Origin: a virus
Lineage: Duplodnaviria; Caudoviricetes
DNA length: 64,000 nucleotides
Reading direction: 5' to 3' (one strand)
IMG/VR virus record: IMGVR_UViG_3300044613_001789
Location: 202-64,201 of that record
Both the position numbers and the translations under genes were made by a program. A model generated the notes under the pieces. It was not told the DNA's origin. It saw only the letters and a program-made list of their open reading frames with translations, and did not search any database. Positions 38,333-47,757 of this stretch are shown here, piece after piece (the first letter of the stretch is position 1; every line of letters begins with the position of its first letter).

Positions 38333-39345
38333 CGACAACCCCACTCCCAACAACGACGTTTCCGCCGTTGCCGTTTAATCCACTAATTACACCCAGAGTC
38401 GTAGGCCCGCTAGCCACTCGCTTCCAGCGAGACGAAGACGGCCACCGCACCTACGAGATCGACTGGCACGTACAGACGGCGTTATATGAGCATAATATAG
38501 CTCATATTCTAGCTAACTGGCCGTTGTTTGGAGTTGGGCATCCGTACCAATTATCGCCATTATGGCCAGAAAGCATCGGCGTAGATACCTGGGCGTTCTT
38601 GACGCCCACTCTCAACATCGCCCCGCATCCCGACGTAGCCGAGTATTCGAAATGTCGTGACTGGGTAGTCACGCAGGTGTGGACTACGAAGCATTCATGG
38701 CGGTGTAACGTATTCCCAGTGGAGAATCCCCTTCTGGAGCCTGTTCATTTAACAGGTGATTTCGTTCACGAAACCCGAGAGATGACGGTAGACAAAGACG
38801 GTAAGCCGCTACGATTCCCGAACTTCGAGCCGATTACCGGCCCTCTTACTGAGAATAGAATATCCTATCCTACGCTCAGTATTACATTCAACTCTGCCGG
38901 ACTGCCTATCACAACGTACACCCTATTGATGAATAACGTCAATGATGCGGTACTTTGGGGCTTACCTCCGCGATGCGTTCGGTTTGTGGATGCTAAGTGG
39001 GAACGAAAGGTGTACGGTCGCTGCGGCTACTATTTCACAATCACCTACACATTTGAAATAAATCAAAACACATTCGACAATGAGATTCCGGCTCAAGGTT
39101 CTATGGAAAGGGTCAACTTGTCCGCTGACTATATGAACCCAGAAAGTTTCATCCGAGCCAAGTCAAAAAGTGGAGAGAACATTTCTGTTCCGTTGGATAT
39201 CAACGGAAGCCGCCTTGAAAAGATAGGTATGACTCCGGGCGGCGATCCTATCTGGAGATACCCGCAGCACATCCTTAAACCAAAAATCTACAAGGAAGGT
39301 AACCTACTTCTCCTTGGCATTCCATCGGATATTTCAAGTCTATAA
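38329..39345 (+). CDS. Tail tip/distal tail protein
   Basis: Directly after TMP; NPLLEP, VND...WG.PPR.V; Thr/Pro N-terminus. Confidence 0.65.
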   Translation: MTTTPLPTTTFPPLPFNPLITPRVVGPLATRFQRDEDGHRTYEIDWHVQTALYEHNIAHILANWPLFGVGHPYQLSPLWPESIGVDTWAFLTPTLNIAPHPDVAEYSKCRDWVVTQVWTTKHSWRCNVFPVENPLLEPVHLTGDFVHETREMTVDKDGKPLRFPNFEPITGPLTENRISYPTLSITFNSAGLPITTYTLLMNNVNDAVLWGLPPRCVRFVDAKWERKVYGRCGYYFTITYTFEINQNTFDNEIPAQGSMERVNLSADYMNPESFIRAKSKSGENISVPLDINGSRLEKIGMTPGGDPIWRYPQHILKPKIYKEGNLLLLGIPSDISSL

Positions 39346-39824
39346 TGTCACATCATGAATCCGTCAATCCGTCTCAAATAGGTGCTTCCGGCGACCGGGC
39401 TACTTTCATCCTGAAAGCCGTTTACCAAGAATACGCCACCTCGCGGGCGATATCCGTCACACATGCTTACGACTTCGTAAACGAGGACGAGGAGTCTGCT
39501 TGGCAGACTGTACAGCGTATCAGTCCGTCGAAAGAACAACCGATCAATTTAGGGCATCTAGAAGGAAAGTATCCTATACTGGTACTTTCCCACGACTTAC
39601 CGAAGCTCGCTCCAAATACCCCGGATATCCTCAAAAACGCACAGGAAGCCAACACCATCGTCCTCACCAACGCCGATGGCGTTGTTGTCGGACTGTTACG
39701 GGCAAAGCGGTCTACGGTAGTCGAATATCCATTTCCAGTATTCGCCAAGTCCACTACGGCGACCACCCTTTTAAGCATTACTGCGATCCCGGTGAAGCCG
39801 TATGAAAACATACCGACTAAGTGA
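39345..39824 (+). CDS. Putative tail protein
   Basis: Coupled ORF in the tail operon. Confidence 0.55.
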   Translation: MSHHESVNPSQIGASGDRATFILKAVYQEYATSRAISVTHAYDFVNEDEESAWQTVQRISPSKEQPINLGHLEGKYPILVLSHDLPKLAPNTPDILKNAQEANTIVLTNADGVVVGLLRAKRSTVVEYPFPVFAKSTTATTLLSITAIPVKPYENIPTK

Positions 39825-42222
39825 AGCGGATCGCCAGCTATTAGAAAATTTACTTAGACAAGATGGCGCTGCGCCTCCTACTCGTCCACGCGGTGATAGC
39901 GAGATAGAGGTAGCGGTAGACGAGAACGAATACTGGGCAAAGCCGCCTGCTGGTTCCGGTATTCCGGGTGCCGTGTCTGTCGGAGGCACAGTGACGCCCT
40001 CCGGAGTCTATTGCGCCATCTACAAGCGGAGACTAGGCGAACCGAATCTAGTTCAGATGAAGTACCCGGACAATACTCCGGTACTTCGCCCCGTCTACAA
40101 CTATTCTCCTGTCGGTGTTATGGATATGTCTCCCATATCCCAACACAACGACGGGACTTGGGTTGTAGGAGCTACTCCGGTACGCCCATCCCGCAACTGC
40201 GGCTGTTCGGGCTACGGAGTTTGGGTCGCCAACTCTAATTTGATTTGGGAATGGCCTACCGGTCAGTGCGGTGACGCTACGACTACTGCCGCACCCGGAA
40301 CTACGGCAGCACCGTCTTCAACAACAACGACTACTAGCCTTCCTGTTCCTACGACGCCTAGTTCGTATTGCCAAGACTATCGCTGCATGCTGGTATGCGG
40401 CACACCGTCGCCGCCTACGGCGGCTCCTACGACCACAGGAAGCGGAACAACCAGCGAAGCCCCTCCGACTACTACATTCGCTCCCGGATTGATCTACTAC
40501 TTAGCGTCAGGAGCATCCTGTCCTGGTGGCTGTACCTGCTACGGTTTAGGAGATCCTTGTTGGGAAGAAGCGGCGGAAGTGTTATCTGTCTGCGGCGGAG
40601 TCATTACAACTCTTCCGCCGACTACCTGGAACCCTTCGGATAACGCATGCGCTTGGGCAGTAACAGCTATCGGAACTATCCCGCCGCTCACACGGCGATA
40701 CGCCCATAAGATGCCGGATGAGGCATGGGCACTATGCGGCCCGACGCTCACATCCTACGGTGAGATCTATCCGCTCGGGTTCGATCAAGCCGGCTACCAG
40801 AAGCACAATAATCAAGATAAAGTAGGTATCTACCAAACCGGCTACGTCTTGATGGCAGCGAAACATAGTGCCGTCACCGACAAAAAGCTAATATACGCAA
40901 TGTCCTATTCAGGACAAACGGCCAGTTGGTCCGGCAGTCCATACATCATCACCGATGCAGCTACCAGCACTTATCGAGTCTACTGGGAATCCACAGGCGA
41001 ATCCCTACGGCCCATCGGGCACCATGTGCCCCCGGTATGGCTACCGCAAAGCCCGTCTGCTGATTACCTCAAGAGTGTCGGCATTACGCAAATCAATTCA
41101 TCCGTCTACGCCTTTGACGCCAGCTTCGCAGGCGAGGGGCGATACGGCGATGAGGTATTAGCGGAAGGGTTCCTACAAACGCCGGTGCTTACTCAGCCTC
41201 AGTTAGCGAGACACGCTACCGTGTCGAGCCCCGGTAACTGCGGCTTCGTTCGTCCTGATTTCTGTCCTACTGCCGCCGGTGAATGCTGGGTAGGTCCGTG
41301 TGCTCCCGGCGCTAACCACCTGACTCCTACCGATCAGATTTGTTTCCTAGATAAGTGGCCTAGAGGGACGACTACTGGCGGACCCTACTTAAATCCATGC
41401 GTAGACGTAGACGGTAATATTTGCAACTGCCCTACGACCTTCCCGCCCGCTGCTACTTCGGCGTGTCCGCCGACTACTTCCCTCGGGCCGGTGCCGTGTG
41501 CCGGTTACTGTGAGTACCTAAGTGACGGTATCCGATGGAACTTGATGAAGCCGGGATGCTCTAGTGAACTTTCGTGGTGCGGGTGCGCTCAGCCTAGCTG
41601 CGAAGTCGCAGCACCTAATTCTAAAACTTACACCCTGTGCTACGATACCAGGACACCGACTACCTCCGCCCCGACGTGCAAATGTTGCACGCCGACAACC
41701 ACTATCGGTCCTACCTGCTCCCATTCGCTCTGTCATTACGAAGTATCCGCAGGTAAATGGACGCTAGTAACGGCTAAAGGTACCTGTCCTCCTGAATGCC
41801 CTTGCCCTGAACCGGAAACCCTGTTACCGCCAATCCACTCCTGTAGCAAACTAAAGCTAAGGTGCGGACCCGCACCTGACTACCGGGAAATCAAGATTAC
41901 GTTTATCGACTGGGTAGAAGTCACTGATGTTAAGTCGCCGTTCTTCGGTAAGAAAAAGGCTACCGGCACCGTATTTTGGGCTACCAATCCTAAGTTACTT
42001 GGTAAGACGGTAACGCTGTACGATCATTGGTGCATCCTGGATGCACCTAGCGAAGACTTAGAGGGCTTCAAAATGATCGCATCGTGGGGCGTCACGGAAT
42101 CCGAGGCGTGCAATGCCGCCCCCGGCGATCCGACTCCGTATCACTGGTCGCTCACCGACCGCTGCTGCGACGGTATTTCTGGTTCGCCTGGAGGAAACAA
42201 CATCGACGGAGGTGGTCCGTAA
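39802..42222 (+). CDS. Cys-rich, Thr/Pro-rich tail-tip protein
   Basis: Repeated small Cys modules (CPGGCTC, CGFVRPDFC, CGCAQPSC, CPPECPCPEP) separated by TTTAAP-type linkers. Confidence 0.8.
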   Translation: MKTYRLSEADRQLLENLLRQDGAAPPTRPRGDSEIEVAVDENEYWAKPPAGSGIPGAVSVGGTVTPSGVYCAIYKRRLGEPNLVQMKYPDNTPVLRPVYNYSPVGVMDMSPISQHNDGTWVVGATPVRPSRNCGCSGYGVWVANSNLIWEWPTGQCGDATTTAAPGTTAAPSSTTTTTSLPVPTTPSSYCQDYRCMLVCGTPSPPTAAPTTTGSGTTSEAPPTTTFAPGLIYYLASGASCPGGCTCYGLGDPCWEEAAEVLSVCGGVITTLPPTTWNPSDNACAWAVTAIGTIPPLTRRYAHKMPDEAWALCGPTLTSYGEIYPLGFDQAGYQKHNNQDKVGIYQTGYVLMAAKHSAVTDKKLIYAMSYSGQTASWSGSPYIITDAATSTYRVYWESTGESLRPIGHHVPPVWLPQSPSADYLKSVGITQINSSVYAFDASFAGEGRYGDEVLAEGFLQTPVLTQPQLARHATVSSPGNCGFVRPDFCPTAAGECWVGPCAPGANHLTPTDQICFLDKWPRGTTTGGPYLNPCVDVDGNICNCPTTFPPAATSACPPTTSLGPVPCAGYCEYLSDGIRWNLMKPGCSSELSWCGCAQPSCEVAAPNSKTYTLCYDTRTPTTSAPTCKCCTPTTTIGPTCSHSLCHYEVSAGKWTLVTAKGTCPPECPCPEPETLLPPIHSCSKLKLRCGPAPDYREIKITFIDWVEVTDVKSPFFGKKKATGTVFWATNPKLLGKTVTLYDHWCILDAPSEDLEGFKMIASWGVTESEACNAAPGDPTPYHWSLTDRCCDGISGSPGGNNIDGGGP

Positions 42223-42797
42223 TGGGAACGAAGCGATGTTGCTGCGGGTGTCCGCTAATCACTAAGCCGTGGAGACGGGCTAGCCTCAACTTTTTAGGAA
42301 TGGATTTCGAAGTGGAATTTCCAGAAACCCCAGATGAGGCTTGCTGTCAGCAAGAAATAAGCGTTTGTAAGGATATCGGGGAGCCGGTGCTGCTCGGAGA
42401 CTGCTACATAGATGCCTATGATTGGACGCTCATTAATCCCGGTGACTACCTAAGCATGACTGGTCCTTGGTGCGATTGGCCTTTAGTTGTTCTGCCGCTT
42501 ACGGCAGTGGACTCCTGCTGTAATTCGTCTAACTATAGGATTGAATGGAAAGGGAGAAATAGGATCAGATTTTGGGTTTGGAAACAGGCTTATGTTAGAT
42601 TCACTATCTGCTATTGCCGAACGGCAGATGGTAAGCCGGGCTACCGGATGAAGGTGGAGATAAATTGGCGTATAACTTTAATCCAAAATCTTTCCCGGTT
42701 AATTAAGTACCGGCACCGTAAGTACACTCGCGTTTGTTGTGAATCCGGTACCACAGACGGTCCTGAACCTACCACCAACGCTCCTGAGCCACAATAA
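42222..42797 (+). CDS. Cys-rich putative tail-tip protein
   Basis: TAATG overlap; starts MGTKRCCCGC. Confidence 0.7.
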   Translation: MGTKRCCCGCPLITKPWRRASLNFLGMDFEVEFPETPDEACCQQEISVCKDIGEPVLLGDCYIDAYDWTLINPGDYLSMTGPWCDWPLVVLPLTAVDSCCNSSNYRIEWKGRNRIRFWVWKQAYVRFTICYCRTADGKPGYRMKVEINWRITLIQNLSRLIKYRHRKYTRVCCESGTTDGPEPTTNAPEPQ

Positions 42798-42805
42798 GGT
42801 AATAA

Positions 42806-43960
42806 ATGTCTACTATATGTTGCGAAGGTACCTGTGAATGGATCTGGTTGGCCGCCTCTAGCACCTGGATCGAAGAAACCTTTAACTGTAATGTCGGGGA
42901 GAATGGTTGTACGTGCCCCGACGGACCTCCGCCAACTCCAGGTAGCGAGGATCTAGAGCGGCAGGTATACGGATTGTGTCAAGGTGAATGCGAGGGGTGG
43001 ACAACCACCCCTGCGCCGACGACTACGCCGGCTCCTACGACGACGCCGGAGGCGACGACTACTGAGACTCCTACTACGACGCCGGAGGCGACGACGACGC
43101 CGGCTCCTACGACGACGCCGGAGGCGACGACTACTGAGACTCCTACGACGACGCCGGAGGCGACGACTACTGAGACTCCTACTACGACGCCGGAGGCGAC
43201 GACTACACCGGCTCCCACGACGACCGAAGAGCCTTGGACGACTACTTCTACAACCACGACAACAAAACCCCCGACGACGCCGGAGGCGACGACTACACCG
43301 GCTCCTACTACGACGCCGGAGGCGACGACCACGCCGGCTCCTACTACCCAGCCACCGACTACGCCCCCCGGAGGAACCACAACGTGCGAGCCGGGGTCGC
43401 AGTCATGTATCTCTGATCCTCCGGAGCCGGGGTGGACAGACAATAGCGGAGACAACATACCGAATACTCCGTTCTTACGACATGGACAACTGGGTATGAC
43501 GCCTTGCTCTACCCGACCGCCTCTGATTCCAGTCTTCGATCCTGCTTGCATCGGATCTTGCTCCGAGATCGCTTTGATACCTGGATGCCTAGATCCGGCC
43601 AACTTCTATGTCGAGCAGTACTGCACTGACGAAGAGGTCGTCACTTGTTTCGGAACAGGCACTATCCGTGTACCGTCTCGCTGGAACATAGTAGGCTTCG
43701 ACGGATTCGGCCAGACGAATTTCGATAGAGCCGGTACATGGGAATCCGGGATACTAGAGCTTACTCCTTCGTGCAACGAAGACGAAGGCGATAATCCTAT
43801 GATAATCGAGGTATCTCGATTAGCGGAAGATATCATCTTGGTCGAAGATTGCAAAGATGTCTACGGGGCCAGCATAGGGCCACTAAAAATTAGCATTCCT
43901 GATATTATTCAAGTCTGCGTCACCCGAGACGGAACAACGTCAGCACCATGTCCGATCTAA
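42806..43960 (+). CDS. Mucin-like Cys-rich protein
   Basis: Central TTTPAP/TTTPEA/TTTETP array flanked by Cys-rich domains. Confidence 0.85.
   Translation: MSTICCEGTCEWIWLAASSTWIEETFNCNVGENGCTCPDGPPPTPGSEDLERQVYGLCQGECEGWTTTPAPTTTPAPTTTPEATTTETPTTTPEATTTPAPTTTPEATTTETPTTTPEATTTETPTTTPEATTTPAPTTTEEPWTTTSTTTTTKPPTTPEATTTPAPTTTPEATTTPAPTTQPPTTPPGGTTTCEPGSQSCISDPPEPGWTDNSGDNIPNTPFLRHGQLGMTPCSTRPPLIPVFDPACIGSCSEIALIPGCLDPANFYVEQYCTDEEVVTCFGTGTIRVPSRWNIVGFDGFGQTNFDRAGTWESGILELTPSCNEDEGDNPMIIEVSRLAEDIILVEDCKDVYGASIGPLKISIPDIIQVCVTRDGTTSAPCPI
43001..43384 (+). repeat. Degenerate 18-bp coding tandem repeat
   Basis: ACGACGACGCCGGAGGCG, ACGACTACGCCGGCTCCT, ACGACTACTGAGACTCCT units. Confidence 0.95.
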
Positions 43961-44349
43961 GTCCGCTAGAGCAATATATCACCCAAATGCTGGCCAAGCA
44001 TAACCTAACTGCCGGGGCCGTATCGCTTATGCCTGAAGTAGTGGCGGCAGAGCCGCCTGCTATGTCGGCGACGGCGTTAGGGCCACAGTTATGGCGAGAG
44101 CTATTCCTTCAGGTGTTTACACCTTCTGAATTGATGAGCTGGAAGAGCCGAATTCCTCGCTACGGGTGCTCCTGTAGTTCGTTCTATGGCAACTGGGAAA
44201 AGTCGAATCCTCCGACTTTTCCGTTGACGTTTAGTTGGAAATACCGGCTCAAGGCTGCTGTCAACGAGAAGTTGAAGCAGCCGCAGTTGACGGAAGAACA
44301 GGCTAGGGAGTATTGGCGCAGTCAAGGATTACTTGACTCTACTATCTAG
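43948..44349 (+). CDS. Erv1/Alr-like sulfhydryl oxidase homolog (divergent)
   Basis: LGPQLW..L, IP..GCSC..FY, NPP, F.W...L...VNEKL..P...EEQA...W follow Erv spacing, but CxC replaces CxxC and KA replaces HN. Confidence 0.6.
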   Translation: MSDLSPLEQYITQMLAKHNLTAGAVSLMPEVVAAEPPAMSATALGPQLWRELFLQVFTPSELMSWKSRIPRYGCSCSSFYGNWEKSNPPTFPLTFSWKYRLKAAVNEKLKQPQLTEEQAREYWRSQGLLDSTI

Positions 44350-44361
44350 ATTAGCTATACT
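44333..44361 (+). promoter_or_regulatory. Sigma70-type promoter for the GT2 fusion gene
   Basis: TTGACT-N17-TATACT. Confidence 0.7.
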
Positions 44362-44393
44362 GATCCTTTCTACTTCCACAACAAGGATATCTT

Positions 44394-46418
44394 ATGCCTC
44401 GATACACGATAACTATGGCAACTTTCGATGACTTTTCGGGAGTTTTCTTTTCTATTCAGGCTCTTAGGATGTACCACGATCTCACGGATTGTGAGATCGT
44501 CATCCTAGACAACAATCCAAAAGGACCGCACGGTCAAGACTTAAGAAACTTCGTCAACAACTCCCAGAACGCTTCTGTTCCTATTCGTTACCACGAATTT
44601 GCGGAGAGCGTCGGCACATCGGCTACCCGGCATAAATTATTTGATTTAGCTCAAGGGGAACTCGTTGTTGTTATGGACTGCCACGTCCTCCTAAAAGCTG
44701 GTGCCATTGCGAAGATGAAGCAGTTCTGGGAGTCTGCGGACGCCGACATGAAGAAGAATATGTTCACAGGTCCATTGCTCATGGACTGTATGCAACATCA
44801 CCAGACGCATTTCGAGTGCATTTGGCGGGCGGAGATGAACGGCGTGTGGACGACCGCTTGGCGCAAGGAGGGTAAGTATTGGATAGCTTCCGAAGCCGAA
44901 AACGGCACCAAGGTCCAGATGCGAGAACTCCTAACCGGTAAACTCGGTTTTGAGTTCAAGCATACGTGGTCCGGTCACGAGCACGCAGCGAAGAAGCTCG
45001 GCTTCGAGTTGGCCGGATGGGGTGACGATAATGATATCTTCGAGGTGCCGGCACAAGGGCTTGGTATGTTCGCTGCCGCGAAAGAACACTGGTTAGGTTT
45101 TAATCCGCACCATAAACATTTTGGAGGTGAGGAGTGCTACATCCACGAAAAGTACCGGCAAGCCGGTAGGAAGACCTACTGCCTACCTTGGATGGCTTGG
45201 AACCACCGTTTTGGTCGCCCCGAAGGACCGAGATACCCGATTACCCGCGAAGGTAAGATGCGGAACTACGTGCTTGAGTTCCAAGAGCTAGGGCTTGACC
45301 TAGAGCCTATACGCCACCACTTCATCGATGAGATCAAACTCAAGCCGGAGTTATGGGATAAGCTAATCGCTGATCCCATTAACTTTGACCCCTATTCTGG
45401 GTGGGCGGCTAACACCGCCCCCGAAACCATGAAGCCGGTGCTGAAGTCGAATTTCGGTATGCCGTTGCCGTTAAACATCGACGATCTCAACAGCATGGCC
45501 GTTGAGATCTCCGCCAATAAGCGAGATCTAGAAAACCACTTTCAGAAGTTCTATGAATACGGCGGACTGTGTAATTCAGCGTTGGAAATCAGTAAGCGTC
45601 GTGAAACGACGATGTGGTTGGCTGCTGCCTTGGTTCAGGGGGCCAAACGCTGTGATCGCACCAAGTGCGATAAGGAGAAGTGCGATAAGCAATGCCGGAT
45701 GCCTCGGCTAGTGTCGTACCAAGCGGAGCGAGATACGCTCCTAGAGCTTATCAAGGAAGCCGTCGAAGGGAAGCTCCAGTATACGGATGTTGATAATCCA
45801 ATCACCAATCCAGTGCCGAAGGTAGAAGGTAGGTTTGATTGTCTGTATATTCACTCCCGGCATACCTTCGCCGACTTGTCGGCGCAGTTAGCCGAATTCG
45901 GTCCCCGAATCGATAAGTACATCATGCTTAACGGTACTTCCGGTAGCGGCGGCTCCGGCATCAAGGGAGAGGACGGAAAGACGCCATCGATGCTACATGC
46001 CATCAAGATGTTCGTCAAGACGAACCCAGAATGGTTTGTCGTCTATCATACGGAAGCCCAGTACGGGATGACGGTGCTGTCTAGGGTGCAAGAGGACCGT
46101 GGAACGGTCATTACGCCTTGGCCGATGACGGATGATAACGGGGTTGCATGTGGTCCCGGCGCAGAGCTTAAAAAGATCCTAAAAACGATAGGCATCGAGT
46201 CTACTGCTGATTGCGCCTGCAACCGACATGCGGCTAAGATGGACGCAGACGGGCCTGATCTATGCGAGAAAAACATAGAAGAAATCCTCGATACTTTGAA
46301 GAAGGAAGCCGATAACCGGGGACTGGGTACCGTATTCGTCAGGCCGTTCGTCAAGATGGCAGTCATGCGAGCCATTAAGAAGGCTCGCAAAAAGATTGCT
46401 TCTGGTGAGTGCGGCTAA
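44394..46418 (+). CDS. GT2 glycosyltransferase fused to a degenerate class I methyltransferase-like domain and a Cys-containing C-terminal domain
   Basis: IVILDNNP, VVMDCHV, GFNP....FGGEE.YIHEKYR, W.HRF; then DCLYIHSRHT...KYIMLNGT; then GPGAELKKIL...CACN. Confidence 0.85.
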   Translation: MPRYTITMATFDDFSGVFFSIQALRMYHDLTDCEIVILDNNPKGPHGQDLRNFVNNSQNASVPIRYHEFAESVGTSATRHKLFDLAQGELVVVMDCHVLLKAGAIAKMKQFWESADADMKKNMFTGPLLMDCMQHHQTHFECIWRAEMNGVWTTAWRKEGKYWIASEAENGTKVQMRELLTGKLGFEFKHTWSGHEHAAKKLGFELAGWGDDNDIFEVPAQGLGMFAAAKEHWLGFNPHHKHFGGEECYIHEKYRQAGRKTYCLPWMAWNHRFGRPEGPRYPITREGKMRNYVLEFQELGLDLEPIRHHFIDEIKLKPELWDKLIADPINFDPYSGWAANTAPETMKPVLKSNFGMPLPLNIDDLNSMAVEISANKRDLENHFQKFYEYGGLCNSALEISKRRETTMWLAAALVQGAKRCDRTKCDKEKCDKQCRMPRLVSYQAERDTLLELIKEAVEGKLQYTDVDNPITNPVPKVEGRFDCLYIHSRHTFADLSAQLAEFGPRIDKYIMLNGTSGSGGSGIKGEDGKTPSMLHAIKMFVKTNPEWFVVYHTEAQYGMTVLSRVQEDRGTVITPWPMTDDNGVACGPGAELKKILKTIGIESTADCACNRHAAKMDADGPDLCEKNIEEILDTLKKEADNRGLGTVFVRPFVKMAVMRAIKKARKKIASGECG

Positions 46419-47023
46419 TGCCATGCACCACAAGCGCACGGACCTTCATCCATATCGCAACGGATACCTCCGTTGCTTCTATAGGTAGCGGCAGGTAGGT
46501 CTTCTTTCTTGTACCGGAGATCGAGCAGCAATTGCTGCTCATCTCCAAAGTCGAACTGATTGTCGTTGCACATTCGCCCGTAAACCGCAAACTCTTCTAT
46601 CCTATCAATAGCTCGTAACGCGATCCCGTCGCTAACAACGTCTCCGACGTTCCAACCGCGAATACGGCAGACTTCGGCAGAACTTAGGTTCCAGCCGTCC
46701 GCAATCACGATAGGATTCTTAGCGTCGATCCAATAGACCGGCTTGCCGGTCTTAATAAGTGATTTCACGAATCCTAGGGGGACTCCCTCTACCGCCACCA
46801 CTACTACGGCATCAATATCCATCTCAATGCTGACACCTAAATCAAACAATCTGATTTCGTAACTGTTCTGTAAATGACCAACAACCACGCCCTTCATTCC
46901 GTTCATGTAGCAGACTGTTTTAATCTTATCGGCAAAAGGTAACGCAGCCAAGGCCGCCTTGACGGCGGCCACTTGATCCGGGTGCCGTAAGTTGTAGATA
47001 TTGCCGGTTAGCAGTATTCTCAC
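46415..47023 (-). CDS. Hypothetical protein
   Basis: 202-aa ORF at the end of the leftward operon. Confidence 0.55.
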   Translation of the reverse strand: MRILLTGNIYNLRHPDQVAAVKAALAALPFADKIKTVCYMNGMKGVVVGHLQNSYEIRLFDLGVSIEMDIDAVVVVAVEGVPLGFVKSLIKTGKPVYWIDAKNPIVIADGWNLSSAEVCRIRGWNVGDVVSDGIALRAIDRIEEFAVYGRMCNDNQFDFGDEQQLLLDLRYKKEDLPAATYRSNGGIRCDMDEGPCACGAWH

Positions 47024-47757
47024 TGCATACCTCCCCTGAAAATGGATGCCATCTCATAAATGCTTTTCATAACAGCACTATAGCCCGGTTTCACCGGGCC
47101 AGTGACCCGAGCTTCCGGAATTTCTCGATATTTCCAGACGCCTGCGTCAATATGTCCGGATGAATGGTTGTCACCGGTAGCTTCCCAGTTGTAGATGTAA
47201 CTAGGATACTTCTGCTGCCGAGGACCGCCGAAGCGGTCTTGTAGCCGTTGGAGGAAATGCGTATCGAAATCCGCTCGCAGGGTATCTTGGTTCAGATACC
47301 CTCCGATCTCCTCTAAGGCATCAGTGCGGTACGCACTACTAGCCCAGAAGCGACCGCCGGATTGCTCTATCTGCATCCGTCCGCCCCAGGACGAGAACAC
47401 TTCCTTCGGATACGACCACGGATGATCCTTTAGGATCGCTGCGTGCTGGGAGAGGTGGTCCGGCAGGTATCCGTCGTCATCGTCCATGACGCAGACGTAA
47501 TCGTAGTGCAGGCCAACACTGTTGAAGCCTAGATCATACTTCGCCATTAGCGATCCTGCTCGCATTGCCATAGGCTCGAAAAATACTGCCCTGCCCTTTA
47601 CGTCCATCATCGCTTTATCCGGCAGTGGATTCACCCGGTCGTCTACGACGACCAAGGTAGCCGGTCCATCGTAATCCTGATCGTAGAATGCCTGAATCAA
47701 GGATTCCAGCCATTCTTGGCGATGGTTGTAAACTGCCGTCAAACATAAGAAGCTCAT
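47020..47757 (-). CDS. GT2 (GT-A fold) glycosyltransferase
   Basis: CLTAVYN, QDY, LVVVDD, VMDDDDGYLPDHL. Confidence 0.85.
   Translation of the reverse strand: MSFLCLTAVYNHRQEWLESLIQAFYDQDYDGPATLVVVDDRVNPLPDKAMMDVKGRAVFFEPMAMRAGSLMAKYDLGFNSVGLHYDYVCVMDDDDGYLPDHLSQHAAILKDHPWSYPKEVFSSWGGRMQIEQSGGRFWASSAYRTDALEEIGGYLNQDTLRADFDTHFLQRLQDRFGGPRQQKYPSYIYNWEATGDNHSSGHIDAGVWKYREIPEARVTGPVKPGYSAVMKSIYEMASIFRGGMQ

Noticed and set aside
42979-43602. Poly-Arg (42984-43499) and poly-Val (42979-43602) ORFs
   Set aside because: Alternative frames of the ACN repeat; third-position variation supports the Thr frame
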